Below the pieces are notes generated by a model. It saw only the letters and a program-made list of their open reading frames with translations. It searched no databases and was not told the origin of the DNA. Positions 26,799-35,060 of a stretch of DNA of 64,000 nucleotides are shown one piece after another. Source of the stretch: Armatimonadetes bacterium UBA5352 (GTDB lineage Bacteria > Armatimonadota > Zipacnadia > Zipacnadales > UBA5352); contig DHPY01000035.1 in the NCBI GenBank assembly GCA_002411015.1, positions 24,118-88,117 on the forward strand, written 5' to 3'. Made by a program: the position numbers and the translations under genes. Position 1 is the first letter of the stretch; each line of letters starts with the position of its first letter.

Positions 26799-27845
26799 AT
26801 GACGATCAGATGGGGAGTCATCGGCTGCGGAGGGATCGCTGATCGGCGGACCATCCCCGAGGGGATCATCCCCGCGGCATCTGCGGAGCTCGTGGCGGTG
26901 CAGGATGCCTTTGAGCCGCGGATGAGCGAGGTCGCGGAGAAGTATGGCGTGACCGGCTACGCGACCGTGGAGGAGCTTCTGGCGGACGACAGCGTGGACG
27001 CGATCTACATCGCGACGCCCACTCACGTGCACCACGAGCAGACTGTGGCTGCCGCTAAGGCGGGCAAGCATGTGCTCTGCGAGAAGCCGCTGGCGCTCAC
27101 GCTGGAGGAGTGCGAGGCGTCCATCAAGGCCTGCGCCGACGCCGGCGTCAAGTTCGGCACGAACTTCATGATGCGCTTCCATGCGTGCCATGAGACGATT
27201 CGCGCGATGGTCGCCGCGGGCGATCTCGGCACACCGGTCCTCGGGCGCGCGGAGCTGACCTGCTGGTATCCGCCGATCGAGGGCGCCTTCCGGCAGAGCA
27301 TCGAACTCGGTGGCGGCGGCTCGCTCATCGACATGGGCAACCATTGCATCGACCTGCTGGAGTTCATCTTCGGCAGCAGGGTGGCGCGCGTGGCCTGCTT
27401 CACCGGGAGCCTCGTGCAGGACTACGAGAGCGAGGACACGGCGGTCGCCACGCTGCACTTCGAGAACGGGGCCGTCGGGATGGTGGACACGCTCTTCAAC
27501 GTGCCCGACGCCGCCGCGCGGAACATGCTGGAGCTCTACGGCAGCCGCGGGAGCATGGTCACGCAGGGCACGATCGGCCAGGCCTCGACCGGCAGCATCA
27601 CGGCGGTCATCGAGGGCGCGACGAAGGGCTACGACGCCCAGCAGGTGCGGGCCGAGGGCGCGACGCAGCGGATCATCGAGCCGGAGCTGGTGAACATGTA
27701 CGAGGCCGCGATCGAGGGCTTCTGCGATGCCATCGCCAACGGTACCGAGCCGCCGGTTTCGGGCGCAGACGGCCTGTGGAGTCACAAGGTCATCGACGCC
27801 TGCTACGAGTCCGCGCGCACCGGGAAGATCGTCGACGTCAGATAG
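26799..27845 (+). CDS. Gfo/Idh/MocA oxidoreductase
   Basis: WGVIGCGGIA, CEKP, GGGSLIDMGNH. Confidence 0.92.
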   Translation: MTIRWGVIGCGGIADRRTIPEGIIPAASAELVAVQDAFEPRMSEVAEKYGVTGYATVEELLADDSVDAIYIATPTHVHHEQTVAAAKAGKHVLCEKPLALTLEECEASIKACADAGVKFGTNFMMRFHACHETIRAMVAAGDLGTPVLGRAELTCWYPPIEGAFRQSIELGGGGSLIDMGNHCIDLLEFIFGSRVARVACFTGSLVQDYESEDTAVATLHFENGAVGMVDTLFNVPDAAARNMLELYGSRGSMVTQGTIGQASTGSITAVIEGATKGYDAQQVRAEGATQRIIEPELVNMYEAAIEGFCDAIANGTEPPVSGADGLWSHKVIDACYESARTGKIVDVR

Positions 27846-27867
27846 CCTGACGGCATACGGCAACACA

Positions 27868-27897
27868 AAGCGGGCCGCCGGCGATGGCGGCCCGCTT
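27868..27897. terminator. Bidirectional terminator hairpin
   Basis: AAGCGGGCCGCC-N6-GGCGGCCCGCTT between convergent genes. Confidence 0.75.
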
Positions 27898-27922
27898 CGT
27901 ATATCGTTCCGTGTCGGGAGGA

Positions 27923-28540
27923 CTAGCGCTTGTCGTCGTCTTCCTCTTCGTAATCCACGTCGCCGGCGAGGGCGTGCTCGAAGTCCTCGGCCTCGTCAGC
28001 GTCCTCGTCGCTTGTTTCGGCCTCGGCGTAGGGGTCAACGATTTCGCGGCCGAGCAAATCCTTTACGCTCATCTCGCGCCGCGACGCTACGACCTCGGGG
28101 TTGTAGAGGTCCTGCAGCGCCTTGAAGCAGGCCATCGCGCGATTGAAGACGTTGCCGCTACCGAGCGACTTCGTCAGAATGTCGCGGATGCCGCTGACCT
28201 CGATGATCTGACGCACCGCGCCGCCGGCGATGATGCCGGTTCCACGCGAGGCCGGCTTGAGCAGGATGACCGCTCCGCCAACCTTCGCCTGGATGGTGTG
28301 CGGCACCGTGTAGCCATCCATCGGCACGCGGATCATGTTCTTGCGGGCGAACTTCATGCCCTTCTCAATGGCGGCGGGAACGTCGCGGGCCTTGCCGATG
28401 CCGACGCCGACGTTGCCACGACCATCGCCCACCGCGCAGACGACGCGGGCGCTGGAGATGCGGCCACCCTTGACGGTCTTGCGCGTACGATCAACGCGAA
28501 CTACTCGCTCTTCATAATCGTCTCTGCTGAACCGTGCCAT
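27923..28540 (-). CDS. rpsE: 30S ribosomal protein S5 (stand-alone, acidic C-terminal tail)
   Basis: KTVKGGR, VGDGRG.VG.G.GKA, LLKPASRGTGIIAGG, DILTKSLGS. Confidence 0.93.
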   Translation of the reverse strand: MARFSRDDYEERVVRVDRTRKTVKGGRISSARVVCAVGDGRGNVGVGIGKARDVPAAIEKGMKFARKNMIRVPMDGYTVPHTIQAKVGGAVILLKPASRGTGIIAGGAVRQIIEVSGIRDILTKSLGSGNVFNRAMACFKALQDLYNPEVVASRREMSVKDLLGREIVDPYAEAETSDEDADEAEDFEHALAGDVDYEEEDDDKR

Positions 28541-28608
28541 CAGTGCGGCTGTCCCTTCCACCAGACGAGAAATCGTGCCCCCGCGGATATACCGGGGGCC
28601 GGGCGAGT

Positions 28609-28637
28609 AACGTAACACATCTGCTCCAGAGAGTCAA
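28609..28637 (-). promoter_or_regulatory. Promoter of rpsE
   Basis: TTGACT-N17-TACGTT with TGn extension. Confidence 0.6.
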
Positions 28638-28656
28638 CCTCCGGCGCGCAGGAAAA

Positions 28657-29880
28657 CTACAGACCGGGCAGATCGAGCTGCCCCGCATCGTCGGGAGCGG
28701 CCTTCCCGTAGCGCCCTCCGCCCCCTGCGCGCAGCGGCAGCGTACCGTGGCGGGCGTGGAGGATGAGCGCCGCCACCCGCGTTCCCACCGTCTGCAGCAG
28801 GTCCTCCGGCTCCGCCTCGTGCAGCACAGCCATCTCCGACCCGTAGCGGTTGATCAGCTTGCGCAGCGTGACCGCGCCCACGCCAGGCACGAACTGCAGC
28901 GGCACCTGGTACTGGTAGGGCGGCCGGTGCGGCGGCATGCGCATCTCGTCGCTGTCGGCGATCTGCACGATCCGGTCCAGCACCCCGCGCGTCACGTTCT
29001 CCGAGCCGCATGCCTCGCACTTCAGCACCGGTGGCGCGCCCTGCGCGATGCGATGGCAATCCTCGCAGAACGTGCGGTGGTACTTCCCGAGCCGCGGGTC
29101 GAGGCCGTAGTTGGCCGCGATGCGCCGCCCATCCTGCCGAAGCAGCGCCATCCGCAGTTCATCGAAGCTCGGCGCCTCCATCTCGATGATGTTGTACTCG
29201 CGGCCGATCTTCGGCAGCGAGTGCGCGTCAGAGTTCGAGAGGAAGCTCCGGTCCGACAGCTCGTCGATCCGGTCGGCAAGAAAGCTGTCGGCGGAGAGGC
29301 CAAGTTCGATCGCGTGTATTTGATTCCAGCGTTCGGTGAACATCGTCTCGAGTCGGTCTACGCACGAGCCGTACGGGCTGCGGTGCGGCGTGAAGCAGTG
29401 CGCCGGCATGAAGATCGCGTCGAAACCGAGTGCCAGCTCCATGAGCTCGCGCGCGGGCATCCTGCACGCCTGCGAGGACAGCTCCATGTTCGTCACGTGC
29501 CGCGAGAGCGCGTCGGAGAAGCCCTGTAGGGCCTCCAGCGAGCGGAAGAAGCTGACGTGGTGCGACCGGCCACCGCCCTCCTCATAGCTCTCGAACTCGG
29601 CGCCGAGGAGGACCGTGACCTCCGGCGCGCCGCCGTTCCCGCCGTAGCGGAGGCCGCCGCCGGGCTGCTCAACCATCTCCCCCGCCTCGACGAGCGCAAG
29701 GATGTCCTCCAGCACCGGCGGCGAGGCGCAGTCAACGATCCCCACGAGGTCTATGCCTTTGTGGCGCACGCACTCGATCGCGATGTTCTCGAAGGTGAGG
29801 TCGCGCGCTGCGGTAATCTTCACCGGCCGCCCGCTGCTCGACCGGCCGATGTGGACGTGCAAGTCACAGACGAAGAGCAT
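28657..29880 (-). CDS. Endonuclease Q family (PHP domain + zinc finger; TIGR00375/YqxK-like)
   Basis: DLHVH, PAHCFTP, IELGLSAD, NSDAHS..KIGRE, GKYHRTFC..C, C..C, GVLDR, GGGGRYG. Confidence 0.85.
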   Translation of the reverse strand: MLFVCDLHVHIGRSSSGRPVKITAARDLTFENIAIECVRHKGIDLVGIVDCASPPVLEDILALVEAGEMVEQPGGGLRYGGNGGAPEVTVLLGAEFESYEEGGGRSHHVSFFRSLEALQGFSDALSRHVTNMELSSQACRMPARELMELALGFDAIFMPAHCFTPHRSPYGSCVDRLETMFTERWNQIHAIELGLSADSFLADRIDELSDRSFLSNSDAHSLPKIGREYNIIEMEAPSFDELRMALLRQDGRRIAANYGLDPRLGKYHRTFCEDCHRIAQGAPPVLKCEACGSENVTRGVLDRIVQIADSDEMRMPPHRPPYQYQVPLQFVPGVGAVTLRKLINRYGSEMAVLHEAEPEDLLQTVGTRVAALILHARHGTLPLRAGGGGRYGKAAPDDAGQLDLPGL

Positions 29881-29939
29881 CGTGTTGACTACCTGACTTT
29901 CCTGAGGGTGCGGGTCGGGTATGCGCCTCTGGATTCGCG

Positions 29940-30731
29940 CTACTGCTGTGGGCGCACGGGGCAGCTCGGGCACATCTCCAGCGCAAGCTCGTAGGTCGCC
30001 TGCACCATCGCGCCGCCGTCGAAGAACATCACCATCGCCTCGCCGATGCGCCGGTCGCGGATCAGACCCCGCTGGCGCAGTTCCGCCTCGATCGCCTGCC
30101 ACTCGATCTTGCAGCGGCCCTCGCCGCGCCAGGCTGTGCTCAGCGCGTCGATGACCTCTCCGCTCGGCAACCGGAGCTTCCGCACGAGGGCGCGATAGCC
30201 CATGCACTTCGCGCCCCCACGGGTCTCAGCGACGTGCGCGGCCGTGCAGCGGTTCATCCCGACGCCGAGCATGCAGATCTTCCCGCCGCTGTTCACGAGC
30301 TTCCCGAGCGGGCTCTCGTCGGCGAAGGTGGTCAGCTCGAGGTGCTCGGAGGTCAGCCACGCTGCGCGCGGGCCGATGGCGGCATACGGGTGGGTGGGGT
30401 GCAGTGAGCGGTGCGCCTCCGGCCGCAGCCGCACAGCCTCGGTGATGGCGCCGTTGATCGAGCGGGTGGTGCGCCGGTCGAAGATCTCCTCCGCGCCATC
30501 GAAGGCAGCCGGCGAACAGTGGTTGAAGGTCGGGACCATCAGCGTTCCCTCCGGCCCGAGGACCTCCAGCACAGCATCCACCACCGCCTCCGGGCCGCCG
30601 ATCACATGCCCGAGGCTCGACAGCGAGCTGTGAAGCTGAAGCATATCGCCGGACTCCAGCCCGAGGGCGCGGAGCCCGGCGACGATATCAGCCTGCGTGA
30701 CAACCGTGCATCCCGATGAGCTGTCTGGCAT
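29940..30731 (-). CDS. Aminoglycoside N3-acetyltransferase family (AAC(3)/YokD-like)
   Basis: HSSLSSLG.V.GG, GTLMVPTF, RSLHPTH, SPLGKL, T..HVAE. Confidence 0.85.
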   Translation of the reverse strand: MPDSSSGCTVVTQADIVAGLRALGLESGDMLQLHSSLSSLGHVIGGPEAVVDAVLEVLGPEGTLMVPTFNHCSPAAFDGAEEIFDRRTTRSINGAITEAVRLRPEAHRSLHPTHPYAAIGPRAAWLTSEHLELTTFADESPLGKLVNSGGKICMLGVGMNRCTAAHVAETRGGAKCMGYRALVRKLRLPSGEVIDALSTAWRGEGRCKIEWQAIEAELRQRGLIRDRRIGEAMVMFFDGGAMVQATYELALEMCPSCPVRPQQ

Positions 30732-30747
30732 GAGCGACCTCCGAGAT

Positions 30748-31878
30748 CTATAGCTCCGAAAGCCCGGTGGCCTCCGGGTAGCGCGCGCGGATCAGCAGCG
30801 CCTCAAGGACGCCACGGTTCTCGCCCGGGTTCTCCACGCACTCCACGATGCGCGCGTGGTCGAGCCCGTCAATGCGCTCGTTCATCGCCTTGAGCGTGTC
30901 CATGCAGTTCGTCAGCGCGCGCTCGACGGGCATCCGCTCGGGGTTCAGGTCCAGCCCGAAGAGATGCTGGTAGCCGCACATCTTCAGCGCATACAGCGCC
31001 GCCTCGGTCTGCTCCGGATAGACCACGCCCACGTTCAGGTCCTGATCGTAGTTCCCCATCGGCTGCGAGTTCCAGTGCGTGTGCCCCAGCCGACCGTACT
31101 CGCAGACCAGGCTGAAGGCGTAGCCGAGGTCCTCGTAGGCCATCAGCATGTGGCCGACTTCAGGGTTCAGGCCCATCATTGCCGTGCCATCGCGGAGGAT
31201 GCGGCGGTTCTCGTCGTTCCCGAGGAGCGCCTCGACCTTCGCGCACAGCAGCAGCGCCTCGGAGGTCGTCCCGTAGAGGATGTTCGCGCGCGGCTCGTAG
31301 GGCTTCGGCTCAATGACGATACGCACGCCCGGCACCGCGTCCATCGCCTCGGCGAGGCCCTCAGCGAAGCGGTCGCGCGCCGCCACATGGTTCTGCCCGA
31401 AGGTGTTGTCGAAGCCATCGATGCCCGGCCAGACGATCGCGAAGTCGGTGTCGAGCTCCTTGTTGATCTGCAGCGTGGTGATCGTGCGATCGATCGCCGA
31501 GCGGCGCGCCTTCTCGACCGGCGAGGAGAGCGAGCCAAACTCATACTGCGCCTCATAGAAGAGGTTCGGGACGACCGTGATCAGCCGCAGGCCCTGCTCG
31601 CCGGCGCTCTTGAACAGGTCGAGGGTGTCGTCGTTGACCTCGTTCGGGTAGTGCGCCTCCAGCGCCACCAGCCCCTGGTCCATCAGCCCGAGGGCCTTCT
31701 CGATCCGCCCCTCCATCGGGATGTCGCCTGCGTAGCGATCGTGGAAGCGGCCGCCGCCGGGGGCGAAGAACCAGACGCCGGCGCTGAACCGCAGGTCGAG
31801 GCTGAAGCTCTCGAGGTGGCGGACAAGCTCTTCTCCGCTTCGGCGTACCTTCTGCCCGGACAGATCCCTCATCGGCAT
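30748..31878 (-). CDS. Xylose isomerase-like metal-dependent TIM-barrel isomerase
   Basis: FSAGVWFF, VWPG, EPKPYEPR, NPEVGH, DQDL metal-ligand motifs. Confidence 0.8.
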   Translation of the reverse strand: MPMRDLSGQKVRRSGEELVRHLESFSLDLRFSAGVWFFAPGGGRFHDRYAGDIPMEGRIEKALGLMDQGLVALEAHYPNEVNDDTLDLFKSAGEQGLRLITVVPNLFYEAQYEFGSLSSPVEKARRSAIDRTITTLQINKELDTDFAIVWPGIDGFDNTFGQNHVAARDRFAEGLAEAMDAVPGVRIVIEPKPYEPRANILYGTTSEALLLCAKVEALLGNDENRRILRDGTAMMGLNPEVGHMLMAYEDLGYAFSLVCEYGRLGHTHWNSQPMGNYDQDLNVGVVYPEQTEAALYALKMCGYQHLFGLDLNPERMPVERALTNCMDTLKAMNERIDGLDHARIVECVENPGENRGVLEALLIRARYPEATGLSEL

Positions 31879-32073
31879 GATGATCACCTGGTATCGCGAG
31901 GGCCGTTCTCATGCTGCACGATCGGCGGCCCTCGGCTGGATTGCGGAGCGCGCTGCGTGTGCATGATTCGCCGCGCGAGCCGGGAGACCTTCCCCGCCAT
32001 GGGGCAGGTTGCGCCGCCATGCATGGCGAATAGGCAGGCTGTTCAGGTCAGTCACAGCAGGGAGGCCGAGATC

Positions 32074-32769
32074 GTGCGACAGGAAGAGACCTTCAGGATT
32101 GAGGAGCATACCCGGGTGCGGCAGGCGATCGGCGCCCACACCCTCAAGAGCGTCAATGAGATCCCCCAGTTCCACATCCGCACGCTCGTGGACATGGAGC
32201 CCATGGTGGCCTTTCGCGAGGAACTGAAGCAGACCGCGAGCCCGGCGGCGACGTATAACGACCTGAGCATCAAGGCCGTGGCGCTGGTCCTGCGCGATTT
32301 CCCGCGCTTCAACGCGTGGTGCGAGCCTGAGCACCTCAAGCTGCTCGATGCGGTCAATGTCGGCTTCGCCGTCGGCACGGACCAGGGAGTGCTGCTGCCG
32401 ACGGTGCGCAACGCCGACCGGAAGAGCCTCAAGGAGATCGCCGCGGAGACCGGCGAGATGGTTGAGCTTGCCCGCAAGGGCCGCCTGCGCGCCTCGCTGC
32501 AGATGGGCGCGGGCTTCACGGTCTCCAACCTCGGCCCGATCGGCATAGACGCCTTCGCGCCGATCATCAGCCCGCCGCAGGTCGCGATCCTCGGGATCGG
32601 CTCGATCAAGCCGCAGGCGATGGTCGTTGATGGCGAGATCATCGCGCGGCGCGCGGTCTACCTCACGCTCGTGATGGACCACCGCGCGGTTGACGGTGCC
32701 GACGGTGCGCAGTTCCTCGCGGCGGTGGCGGATGCATTCACGCACCCCGAGCGCATGGTCGGCGAGTAG
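32074..32769 (+). CDS. Stand-alone 2-oxoacid dehydrogenase E2 acyltransferase catalytic domain
   Basis: IPQF, FTVSNLG, PIISPPQVAILG, DHRAVDG; GGAGG RBS before GTG 32074; no lipoyl domain. Confidence 0.85.
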   Translation: MRQEETFRIEEHTRVRQAIGAHTLKSVNEIPQFHIRTLVDMEPMVAFREELKQTASPAATYNDLSIKAVALVLRDFPRFNAWCEPEHLKLLDAVNVGFAVGTDQGVLLPTVRNADRKSLKEIAAETGEMVELARKGRLRASLQMGAGFTVSNLGPIGIDAFAPIISPPQVAILGIGSIKPQAMVVDGEIIARRAVYLTLVMDHRAVDGADGAQFLAAVADAFTHPERMVGE

Positions 32770-32771
32770 CG

Positions 32772-33731
32772 ATGGCGGCCACGGAAAACCTCGACGTCAT
32801 CGTGCTCGGCTCCGCGATGGTGGAGATCACGCCGGCGAAGATGGGGCAAGCGCTCGCCGACGTGGATACGATGGTCCCGCTGCCATCGGGCGCCGCGGCG
32901 AACTTCGCCGCCGTCCTCGCCTCACTGGGTGTGCGGACGGCGCTGATCAGCCGCGTGGGCGAGGACGAACTCGGGCAGTGGCTCACGGAGCGCCTGGCAC
33001 AGCGTGGGATCGTCACAGACTACGTCGCGCCGGCGCCGGGGCAGCGCACCCCGGTATCGTTCGCATGGATGGACCGCCAGGGCGCGAAGACCTTCTACTT
33101 CTACCGCTTCCCCGGATTCAGCGACCCCATGGCGACCCTCCGCCCGGGGGAGATCACGCCCGATCAGCTCCAGGGCGCTCGGATCTTCGACTTCACCGAG
33201 GCGACCGTCCGCAACGAGCCGCTGCGCTCGGCTGCGTTCGATGTCGCGCGCCTGGCTCGGGAGGCCGGGCTGCAGGTCTGCTACGCGCTGAACTACCGCC
33301 CCTCGGCCTGGCACGACCAGACGCCCGAGCAGATCGCGTGTGTGCAGCGCGAGGCGTGCTCGCGGGCCGACATCGTGCTGATGAACCGCGAGGAGGCCCT
33401 GCACGTCACAGGCTGTAGTGTGCCGGCGCAGGCGGCCCGCGAAGTGTCGGGGCTGGGCCCGCGGCTTGTGGTGATCACCGCGGGCGACGAGGGCTCGCTG
33501 CTGCTTGCGGATGGTGAACTCGAGCAGATCCCCGCGCATCCCGTCGAGGTGGTGTACGACATCGGTGCCGGAGACGCCTTTCACGCGGGGTTGCTCGCGG
33601 CACTGCTCACGGGGATGAGTCCCGCACAGGCTGCTCGTTTCGCCTCGGAGGCCGCAGCCCTGCGTATCAGCCGTGGGGTGACAGAGGCCAATCCCTCGTA
33701 CGATGAAGTGGCCCGTCTGATGCAGCAGTAG
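32772..33731 (+). CDS. PfkB family carbohydrate kinase
   Basis: GAAANFA, VGEDELG, NYRP..W, DIGAGDAF. Confidence 0.92.
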   Translation: MAATENLDVIVLGSAMVEITPAKMGQALADVDTMVPLPSGAAANFAAVLASLGVRTALISRVGEDELGQWLTERLAQRGIVTDYVAPAPGQRTPVSFAWMDRQGAKTFYFYRFPGFSDPMATLRPGEITPDQLQGARIFDFTEATVRNEPLRSAAFDVARLAREAGLQVCYALNYRPSAWHDQTPEQIACVQREACSRADIVLMNREEALHVTGCSVPAQAAREVSGLGPRLVVITAGDEGSLLLADGELEQIPAHPVEVVYDIGAGDAFHAGLLAALLTGMSPAQAARFASEAAALRISRGVTEANPSYDEVARLMQQ

Positions 33732-33964
33732 GCAAGAGCCCAAGGGGTTGGAACGGATCTGAAGGCGGTAGGCGGCGCAGCGGTACCGCGTTTCCGCCAC
33801 CGGGGGCTATGGATTCTTCGCAGCGAAAGTGTAGAGTCGCGCTTCTTCAATCTGCTGTACAGACAGACACGTTGCCGCCGCAGCCATCAGCATGTGGCGT
33901 TCTGTTATCCTGCGGTTTGACATCGGCTGCTCTGTGGGTATCGTTACAGAAGATACAACGGGTG

Positions 33965-33993
33965 TTGTGCTGTGTGACACGATGTGGTATGAT
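33965..33993 (+). promoter_or_regulatory. Promoter of OmpR-family regulator
   Basis: TTGTGC-N17-TATGAT with TGn; TGTGAC(33973)/GTCACA(33998) inverted half-sites; AT-richer region. Confidence 0.55.
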
Positions 33994-34099
33994 ATAAGTC
34001 ACAAAAGGCTTCGGCATCGCAGCACCCTGTACACGCGGCGGTCACGAAACCAGCAAAATCACTATCGTCCCGCGTAGGGGCGATCGGAGGTGTCGCTTT

Positions 34100-34801
34100 C
34101 TGGACCCACGCAGGATCGTTATAGTTGAGGATGATCCTCAGTGTAGCAAACTTGTGGCCACTAAGCTGCAGGCGGAAGGTTTTGATGTCGTCGTCGCGAA
34201 CAGCGGCGAAGAAGGTCTCGACATCATTGAGAGCGAGATGCCTGATCTTCTGCTTCTCGACCTCATCCTCCCCGGGATTGATGGCCTGGAAGTCTGCCGC
34301 CGACTTCGCCGCAAGCACGACCTCCCGATCATCATGCTGACCGCGAAGGATGACGAGATCGACGCGGTCATCGGGCTGGAGGTCGGCGCAGATGACTACA
34401 TCACCAAGCCATTCGGGACGCGCGAACTGGTTGCCAGAGTGCGCGCTATGCTCCGGCGGGTGAAGATTAACCGCGAGCATACCGAGCCGCTGGAGCACCT
34501 GACCTTTGCCGAGCTCGATATCGATATCCCGAAGCGGACGGCCACAGTTCAGGGCGAGATCGTGCACCTGACCCCGAAGGAGTTCGGCCTCCTCGTCTAC
34601 CTCGCGTCGAGGCCCAACGTCGTCTTCACGCGCGAGGAGATCATCCGGGACATCTGGGGACGCGCCGACGGCGGTGGCGATCTGCGTACAGTTGATACGC
34701 ACATCAAGCGCCTGCGGCGAAAGATTGAAGAGGGCCGCGCGGTACCGTGGAGCATCGCGACTGTCTGGGGCGTCGGCTATAAGTTCCAGATGAACGACTG
34801 A
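34100..34801 (+). CDS. OmpR/PhoB-family response regulator, probable CTG start
   Basis: IVIVEDD, LLDLILPG, GADDYITKPF, LTPKEF, RTVDTHIKRLR, TVWGVGYKF; GGAGGT 8 nt before CTG. Confidence 0.9.
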   Translation: MDPRRIVIVEDDPQCSKLVATKLQAEGFDVVVANSGEEGLDIIESEMPDLLLLDLILPGIDGLEVCRRLRRKHDLPIIMLTAKDDEIDAVIGLEVGADDYITKPFGTRELVARVRAMLRRVKINREHTEPLEHLTFAELDIDIPKRTATVQGEIVHLTPKEFGLLVYLASRPNVVFTREEIIRDIWGRADGGGDLRTVDTHIKRLRRKIEEGRAVPWSIATVWGVGYKFQMND

Positions 34802-34827
34802 GTGGCGCTTGATGATTGGACATCAGC

Positions 34828-34857
34828 ATCGGCCCGCGATTCCAATCGCGGGCCGAT
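34828..34857 (+). terminator. Strong hairpin after regulator gene
   Basis: ATCGGCCCGCGATT-CC-AATCGCGGGCCGAT. Confidence 0.6.
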
Positions 34858-34886
34858 CGCGTTCTTGCGGAGGAGCGGCAACGGCG

Positions 34887-34952
34887 GCAGGCAGGAGGCG
34901 TGCCCCACGGATAAGGGGCCTTCGTCCCCGTGGCGCAGGCTTCCAGCCTGCG
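34887..34952. repeat. Inverted pair of REP-like palindromes
   Basis: GTGGCGCAGGCTTCCAGCCTGCG (34930) and a degenerate inverted copy at 34887-34908 (18/22 match). Confidence 0.6.
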
Positions 34953-35060
34953 GTCGTTCAGGCCTCTCCACGTACATTCGCGACGTGCAAGATGCCCATC
35001 GCTACGGCCCGCTTGCGGCGAACGTCAACGACAGAACGAGGCCCGGCGGACGCGGCGCCT

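Noticed and set aside
29881-30207. Extended N-termini of EndoQ (likewise rimO, gltX, trpF, CBM9-like ORFs)
   Set aside because: They overlap upstream genes in another frame; conserved motifs begin at the internal starts
30856-32073. 637-aa version of the E2 ORF
   Set aside because: Upstream part is the antisense frame of the isomerase gene, with no lipoyl motif; RBS precedes GTG 32074
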